A stretch of 64,000 nucleotides of DNA from Marsupella aquatica (taxonomy: Eukaryota; Plantae; Marchantiophyta). The notes below the pieces were generated by a model. That model was not told the origin of the DNA and searched no databases. It saw only the letters and a list, made by a program, of their open reading frames with translations. How positions within the stretch are numbered: the first letter of the stretch is position 1; the number at the start of each line of letters is the position of its first letter. The DNA lies in the NCBI GenBank assembly GCA_973895155.1, contig OZ316891.1, forward strand, positions 29,251,611-29,315,610, given 5' to 3'. Positions 56,271 through 64,000 of this stretch are shown here, one piece after another. Both the position numbers and the translations under genes were made by a program.

Positions 56271-56640
56271 TTACTCCTTGATTTTCCCGTGTCCCTCCCC
56301 ACCACTTGCATATATCACAACATCAGAACATGTCCTCTGCAAGGAGTTGGGGAGTTCAGGTGGGTCCAAAGATAGTGAAAGGCATGTGAGGTGGGGTTGG
56401 ATGGTCATGGAGTCAATCATCGGTGAAGGTGTGAGCATTTTGGGCCTGCTGATGGTCTGACCAGGGTGGAGAGGGCTTGGATAGGAAGGTAAGAGGGAGA
56501 AAGAGCACAAAATGAATTCAAAAGGGAAATTTGAGAAAACCAACCAGTAATCAGGAATTGGATTGAGCTGTAATGAGAAATTGGAGAGAAGCAAAGCCAG
56601 GGGGCCAAGCTGATAACCACCCTCGTACATACAACAACAA
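56271..56640 (-). pseudogene. Possible plant L1 ORF1 remnant
   Basis: YWLVFSNFPFEF and PHLTCLSLSLDPPELPNS resemble the W-V-x-F-x-x-LP-x-E and RVCV-x-LDL-x-x-PLP motifs of plant L1 ORF1. Confidence 0.35.
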
Positions 56641-56763
56641 CAACAACCCTGAAATATATAACCTAAATTGTGGTTCATATTTGTTAAAAATTTGTTGATC
56701 CCTCCCCCCAAAGAAAAAGATAGCATCACACAACAACCCACCTAAGAAAAACTGGTCTACTAA

Positions 56764-57091
56764 AACCAATTGGCTTAGGTCAATTGGCTAGGGGATTTGC
56801 CTGGAACTGAGAGGTCCCAGGTTCAATCTCCCCTCCCCACACTGGGGTGTGGAGGGTATATGTGTGTGGGTGAGATAGGTTTTGTGGGCGGTGGATTGGA
56901 GTTCTGATTATCTGCTCAGCCCCTGGTTGCCCACTTTGTGGCCGAGATGTAATACTCTCTCCTTCCTGGTGCGGGTCCCTGTCGGATCCGTTGGGGCTCA
57001 CCCTGGTCTGGGTTCCCAACAGAAAACTGTCACATTGGGGTGGGGGGAGTCTAATTGTATTTCCTCCCCATTTCCATTCAAGAGAAAAAAC
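56764..57091 (+). mobile_element. Full-length tRNA-derived SINE with 17-bp TSD
   Basis: TSD AAAAACTGGTCTACTAA at 56747-56763 and 57092-57108. A-box-like TGGCTTAGGTCAATTGG, B-box GGTTCAATCTCC, A-rich tail. Confidence 0.88.
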
Positions 57092-58436
57092 AAAAACTGG
57101 TCTACTAAGAAACTGAAATGACAATCAACCCCAAAAAACTATTCATATTTTTCTAGTTTCTTTTTATAAAATAAAGGATTTCTTCCTGACTTGAGTTCTG
57201 TGGCCACTTGTAGGGGTTTACTTTAAAGGCTGACTATTCCTTTACTTAGATCCCCGGAAGACAAGGCAAGTTTCCTCCCTTTTCCCCTTCTTGGTTTCCC
57301 TTTGCTTCAACACACCTCACATTTCCTCAGCTCCTTTCATCTGATCCCTCCGCTGCCTAATTATGGGGAGGGTCCACTAGCACTCAGGCCCTCACCAATA
57401 CTCCCCTTTCATACTTTGGACAAGGCCCTAGTCCTTGTCCCTCCCAGAATCGTCTACCAAGTCTCCCCTAATACTTGAACACCCACGCAAGCTTCAGTAT
57501 CTACTACCAGCTCATCCTGGGACCATGGCCAATGGATTCAGACCTGGACACAGGTCCCAGAAGGTTCACGTCACTCCATAAATTTTAGTATATATATAGC
57601 ACTGGAGACATTTCTGCCTGTCCACTTTCATATCCCCGCCCCGCACAACCTCCACCAGGAGTTCGCAAGGTTGCAGATCCAATTAACACACCAAACAAGA
57701 GAAGGATAATGATGCACCATTTCCTGACACCCCCTTTCCAAATTTCGCCTCAAGACTATTAGTTAGGCTGCCCAGTACCCATTGCAACAACTGGCAGATG
57801 TAACTCATGTGCCTCACATAATATATTTGTCGCGGATGACAATCCCCAATGCAATACACGGTCCCATCTGCACATCACCCAAGCCCTCAGGAAATCTGAA
57901 ATTAAAAATAAAACGAGGAATTCGACAGGCCACAGATTTTCCTGCCAACAGTTTTATTTTCGTGTACAGATTCCCATTTTTGGAGGGATGGGCTATGGTA
58001 GTGGTATGATAGTTCTCTTCATGAATACAACTTGGATTCCACGGTACACCTCCATCAACAGGGACTGTTTGCTTACTATTGTTTTCAGTTTACTTCCACC
58101 TGCTAACCAGAATGTAAACTGGTTGCTGTAATACACTTACACTGACATGATTGCCGGTACTAGTGTCCATATTACATGGGACCAATGTCACATAAATCAG
58201 ACCCATGTAGCCACTGACTAGTGGAATTTCTTTGTCGGTTGGTTATCCTCTTCCATTTATCTTGCCTCAAGCTTTCAACTTTCTTACAGAATCAAACACA
58301 TGTACTTTAATGACGATTTGCAATGAAAGCATGTGCGCTAACTGATTCGTAGATTTCAAATTAAAAAATGGACACTCAGTTGTGTAACTCTTTTCCACTG
58401 CAGAACAGCGGCTTGCAAGGACCACAACATCCTCAC

Positions 58437-61400
58437 TCAGCTCTGCTTAAGTACTCCAGCTGTTATCAACGCCTGGACTTCCTTCTTGGCAGCTTCCTTT
58501 CCAGTTGTATCTCCACAGATTGTGTAAGCCGAAATTACTTTAGCACTGCAGCACAATTATTAGTTAGTATCAAAACCCACGAAATTGTACGAGATGAAAA
58601 GTTCCGATTCCATCCTTCAATTCAACAGCAAGCCGGTGAACACTACCTGTGCCCCTTTGCCCATAGAGTGCACTTTTTCTTCAGAGCGGTTGCCCAAAGT
58701 GTTGCAGCAAAGGAAGGAGCATCTTTCCCCTTTGGAGAAGAATCTGCATTTATGATCAATCGGCGAATTGTGCGGCTTGCATGATATTGTTCAAGAACAT
58801 GCTCAGTTTTCGTGAGACCTTCAGTACAAAGCTCCCGACTCTTTGCAGCCAACGCTGCGATAGCTTTGTGCAGAGAGAGCACTTCATCAAATGCAACGTC
58901 CCACATCACTCCATCAACACCACCCCTGGCTACCTGCTCAGTGTATCAGACGCAAAAGAGATCAATCGTGCGCAATACCAATAACCACTGATTTGAAGTC
59001 AAATACATAGACCTCAGTCGAAATTAAGGAACTTGAACTTTCCAAGCACGGTATTCAAATCCCAGGATTTTATTTTCAGGTTACGATTTGACAAAAACAG
59101 CGAGTGACTCAAGACGCACCTCATAGATGACGTCTGTGCCAGTCGGAGATTGCAGCAGTTCGTTCGCCTGCTCGGTGCAAATCTCTACCAATTTCTGCAG
59201 AGCACAACGTCCAGACAAGAATGTTTAACGACCAAGTTTCTGGAAAATCATGGGACCTCGAACAAACTTTGAAACTCAACCACTACATACACGATACAAA
59301 TTGCCACTGCAAGTCTTATGCAAAGAGTTCTAGAACATTTCGGGGGCCAATGTCAAGGAGTGGGACTGAGTCAAAGTGCCTAAGTTGGGATGCTTGAAAA
59401 AGTCATCAACAAAGTCACGATCTAACCGTCGGAGAAGACGGTAGTGACATACCAAAAGAAGCATAGCACCTTGTTGGAACTAGTTACAAACCTAGAAAGT
59501 TCGTATTCAACGCATCACTATTGTATACGTTAGTAGCGGAGTGAAAGATTAGGCGAGCACCAGATCCCTACTCATAACAAACTGAAGAGAGAAGGAGAGT
59601 TGTGTCACAAATATTGTTCCAGTGGGGGGACTCAAAGAGGTTCTACTCCAGGAGGTATCCCGCGTGTTCGTGGATTAGAGGTGGTAGTCAAACCTATATC
59701 CACCAGTGAGGCTAAAAACGACACCACTTGTTCACCATTCGTTTTTAATCAGAAACGATTCCAGTAGCCTAATACAATAACAGGTCAGGACCTTGCTACC
59801 TTGCCAAGGCCCCCAATAGTAAGTAACTCTAATCTCCGGACTGATGAATCCTTCTTGCTGATTCCTCTGACTTCTTTGATGGAGTCATCGTCACCATCGG
59901 CGTCCACTGCGTCTTCATCCTCCGCTTGGGCCACGGATTTATCTGCTTCTTTTGCAGGACGGGTAACCTTCTTCAAACTGCTCACACTTATTGAGGTGTC
60001 CGCAGGCTCATCCTGCACTGAATGGAACGGAATACTACTCAACAAGGAGCACGAGTACAAAAGCTAAGTATATCAATATCCCAACGAGCAGCGTCAAACG
60101 CCAAATTTCCAACTCAGTTGCGAGGTGTTCATAACGATACTTAAAAACTCACATTTTGTACCCGTGGCGTACCCCAAAGCTGTCAAGACGTCCGAAGGGA
60201 AGTACCGAGTAGTCCCCGGTGCAAGAAGATGAAGGAAACATCGCCGACTATACTGTCAATCGAGTTCAGATTAGATTGTCAATTACGAGGTGAACCTTGA
60301 TACAATACTCATTCCAATGAACTTTTGCCCACGGGTAAAATCCTGGCCTCAAAAAGGGGAAACTTAGGGTTTTGGAAGTAGAAAACATATGGTTGCAAAC
60401 CTTATGGGATGTAAGATCTTTGAGATCCTTCAGAAGTTCAGTAATGATAATCTGTAACAACAGGACATAATTTCGCTGTCAAAAAGACAAATACGAAATA
60501 ATTAACTCTACCCAACCAAACTACGAACAAATTAGACACCCTAGGTAGAAGGTAATGGTAAATGGAGAAATTGATGACATCTTCTGCTAAAGGCTACAAC
60601 ATCCACACCAGACTTCATATTCAAGCAGATATTGGCATTTCAAATCGAGATGAAAAGCTACTAAGATCACAATGTACTAATGACTATGACAAACACCTTT
60701 GAGATGAGCTTCGTATCATCGACCACGTCAAGGATAGCTAATAAAACCTACATCACCACAGAATTCATTACAACATAGTTAACTGCCATTCTTAAACTAT
60801 CAACAAAATGACTGGAACACCCATTTCCTCAACTGATGCGAATTTAAGAAATGGAGAAGATAAACTGTTCACATAACACATTCCAAATTCAGCCATTAGA
60901 ACAGAAGAGTTCCTCAAGTCGTCGCTACCTTATCCGCCTTGGGCATAGCATATACTTACAATATTACTATGTTCATGCTGGGCAATTTTCGACACATGTC
61001 CTTTCATCCCCCTTATAATATTCTTCCGTTCCTGTCAAGTAAAGTCATCAACAGCGTTATCCAGACCACTTGTTCCAGATATGACAAGTGTGGCACAGTT
61101 GCCATACTATAGTCAAAACACTATAGCACATGGAAAATTTACAATTGAAAGACTCTGCATGAATAAAACATTAACAACTCACGCAGCCTAAGAAGTTACA
61201 GGAAATACTTGTAATTGCTTAAAAGTGATCTAGTCTCCCACCGATTAGTAACTGGTCTCCCATGAGGAAATATTCACTATGGCTTTTTGATGAATAATGA
61301 CCAGTAGGTGAATGATTCTTCAAGGAATTGCCATGAACGAGAAACTGGAGTTACCTTCGCAGTACTCAATTTTACACATGTGACACCAACTTTTGCTCCA

Positions 61401-63899
61401 TCTTTGGTGTGAATCATTCTGACCAACAAAGGGCCAGCAAGACTCTTAATGACATCTTCAACCATAGTCTGCACTCACCAGTCATTGGAGTGCTTCAAAA
61501 GTTATATAATGGTACACAATTTCAGCCGTTGGAACATTATCAGCAAAAAGAATGCAAGACCTAAAGATGAGAACCAGAAGAGACGCGGACGAAGTACCTT
61601 TTTGCAAACACTCAAGTACTCGAGCAAAGCACGATGAGTGATAGAGTGGTCAATGATCCCCTTTTCTAAAATGGGTTGTAAGCTCAACATCATATGTTGC
61701 AGCATAGCATTTTGCTTTGAAACAGACTCTTTTGCCAGCAAATCTGGTAATCTGTAAAGAGTGACTCCAACAGGAGCACAGAACACACCTTTAGGTCCAA
61801 CTATGCAGACAAAACAGAGAAGACAGAATACATACTCTACTTCAGTTAGAAGAGAGAAAGCATACTAACTTCAAAATGCTTTTCATTGAAAGAACCTTTC
61901 TCCTTAAAGCGTAGAATAGAAAAGTCTCAAAGCTCGTACTTATGAGTAAGAATAAGAGAGCATAGTAGACTCACCCACAGTTTCCCCCGGTCATCCCCTT
62001 GAAGAGACGATATTCAGGTGAGTAGAACTCACTAACCATGTCCCGTTTTTGAGGTCCATTGGCCAATTGGTATGCGTGCTCAACGACTACATAAAAAACC
62101 ACCTAGGGTCTCAGAACGGGGAGAATCAATATTTAATCTCGCTAATCGGACATACGAGTTGATTAGGTCAAAAATGAGCAGTCTGACTATTATCCAATGA
62201 GAAGAGAAACATTCAAATGCATCTGCCTACAGGACTGCCAGAACGCTTCCTAATGGTAGATGATTCTTTCCATAGCACCAGCTTATGTATCATCCCGTAC
62301 AATGCGGGACAATGATGGAAATGACATCAGTAGCATCTACAGATGACAAGCATTATCATACGTCACATTGAAGGCTTTGCATTCCTACCAGCTGAGCCAA
62401 CTGGATGTCGAAGGAGGGAAACTACATGCCCGTGGAGAGTTGACAGCATTTGCACTAGCTGTGTTTTATTTGCTGTCACCAGGAAACGACAAGGTTCTCA
62501 GACCTCAATCTCGACATGGCTTAATAAAAGCATAATCAAAACGAAGTAGGGAAATACTTTCATCTGAATGAAAATGTGAACCACATTCAAGAGTGAAGAC
62601 CTAAAGTCCAAATCATCGTACGACATGTCAGCGCCAAAGTCACTGGAACCAGAGACTTGAAAGAAAACAAGGTCTAATCAAGAACGTCATACTGGTTGAC
62701 AAAGATCCTTCTAAGATGACAACTGGTATCCAAAATCGTTTGATCGATTAAGGTTAAGAGTTTTCGAAGTTACCGTGGTCCAGCATTTTAATGACTAGGT
62801 GATAAGCATAAGTATTGCGAGCGAGGGCTAAAGCATGGGGTCTCAACTCCTCGAAAACAGCGTCCCGCTCAGATTGCTGGCAATATTTAACACATGCCTG
62901 CAAATGATATGGTATATCTTAATACAGAGAAGAGCCTCCGAAGCTGTAAGGGGAGAATTGAGGAAACAATGTGGCAAGGATCATCCAAGATTCATTCATC
63001 TCACTTGCCTGCAAAACTCTCGAGGCTATGTGTGATCCACCCATCTCCACCAGCTTTCCTTTCATTTTCTTTAAAGTCTCGGACACCAACCTGCACTAAC
63101 AAGACTCCTCGTTCAAGTATCATCTCCATAAATAGCCCACTAGAAATGAGATAATATTCACCATCCAAGAGAGCAGTCTCATGCCGCAGATTCCCTAATT
63201 AAGGTATATGTAACCAGATGATCATACTTGCTGCGCTCCTCTTTCTCCAAGTTCCTCTGACGCATCTTCTCCCAAAGTATTTTAACCTCCTGTGAACAAG
63301 AACAACTAAACCACTGAGCACTCGAAGATTTCAACATGCACAGATAACTTCAATGAACTACTGGACTCCACAACATAATACACAAAAATGATTGTCACGT
63401 TTTGCCTTGACTGAATTCAAATTGGAATGTTACAAAACTACATTCGGACGTTACCTTCTCCAAGTCATAGTTGGGCTTTCGTTTCTTTTTCCTGTATTCA
63501 GCAAGTTCCTACATGCCGAATGTCCACAAACTTCAGTCACAGAGAATCCTGGGTGCAATTGTGAGACCTACGGAACTATATACCCTACGAACCCGTTGCT
63601 CTCACTAGAAACAACACAAGTAAATCATCTGGGAAGACTCCGAATATTTCGGGTTACGCAATTGTTACAGGGAAAGACGATCACTAAGATCAATGGCCAA
63701 GTTCCTTGAATACAGGGTTGCTTGCCTTTCTGGCTTTCCGGTCAAGAGGCTTCTCTGCCTTGACGTCACCCTTGCTCTTAACGAACTTCCCTGCTTCAGT
63801 TTTTTTCTGGTCATTCACTTTCGTTTTCTTCTGAGCTGCGGCCGCGATTTTCCCATCAGTGTCGATCACCTTACGCTTTCTGAGAGAACAATTAGCCAT
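58437..63899 (-). CDS. PUM24: Pumilio homolog 24 / PUF6-like nucleolar rRNA-processing protein (PUF repeats + CPL), 640 aa
   Basis: 17 exons: 63899-63726, 63508-63455, 63289-63228, 63090-63009, 62897-62774, 62472-62389, 62086-61975, 61751-61598, 61468-61355, 61031-60960, 60747-60697, 60451-60401, 60252-60153, 60017-59800, 59194-59120, 58933-58647, 58545-58437. Motifs: KKKRKPNY, LWEKMR, SHIASRVLQACVKY, LLRHPVGS, LVRMIHTKDG, VVDDTKL, SKKDSSVRRLELL. Confidence 0.92.
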
Positions 63900-64000
63900 G
63901 TGCAGCACAGTTTTTTCTTAGTGAGAATATTCGGAAAACAAAGCGCAGAGTAATCTGGATCAAAACCAGATTACTGGAGGTGATGAGAAGGGGTGAGCTG

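Overview
Eukaryotic nuclear DNA from a land plant, probably bryophyte/early-diverging grade (inferred from gene content, intron structure and repeat types). Three conserved intron-rich genes can be spliced exon by exon: the 3' part of a plastoglobular M48 metallopeptidase (PGM48-like, +), a complete SnRK1-activating kinase (GRIK/SnAK, +, 408 aa) and a complete PUF6/PUM24-type Pumilio protein (-, 640 aa, two GC-AG introns). Between them is a ~48 kb repeat-rich interval. It contains two divergently oriented paralogs of a microbial-type amidohydrolase-2 (ACMSD/6-methylsalicylate decarboxylase-like) enzyme. Both carry a signal peptide, an AGP-like Pro-rich linker, several N-glycosylation sequons and one shared intron; this is the most unusual feature. 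The repeats include a near full-length CRE-clade (RT + restriction-like endonuclease) retrotransposon with 186-bp 5' monomers and a 9-bp TSD, nested in a non-autonomous Helitron. There are also further Helitrons, a 4.5-kb TGTGAAG...CTTCACA LTR-like non-coding element, tRNA-derived SINEs, a MITE and many truncated CRE 3' ends. No rRNA, intact tRNA or CRISPR array was seen.
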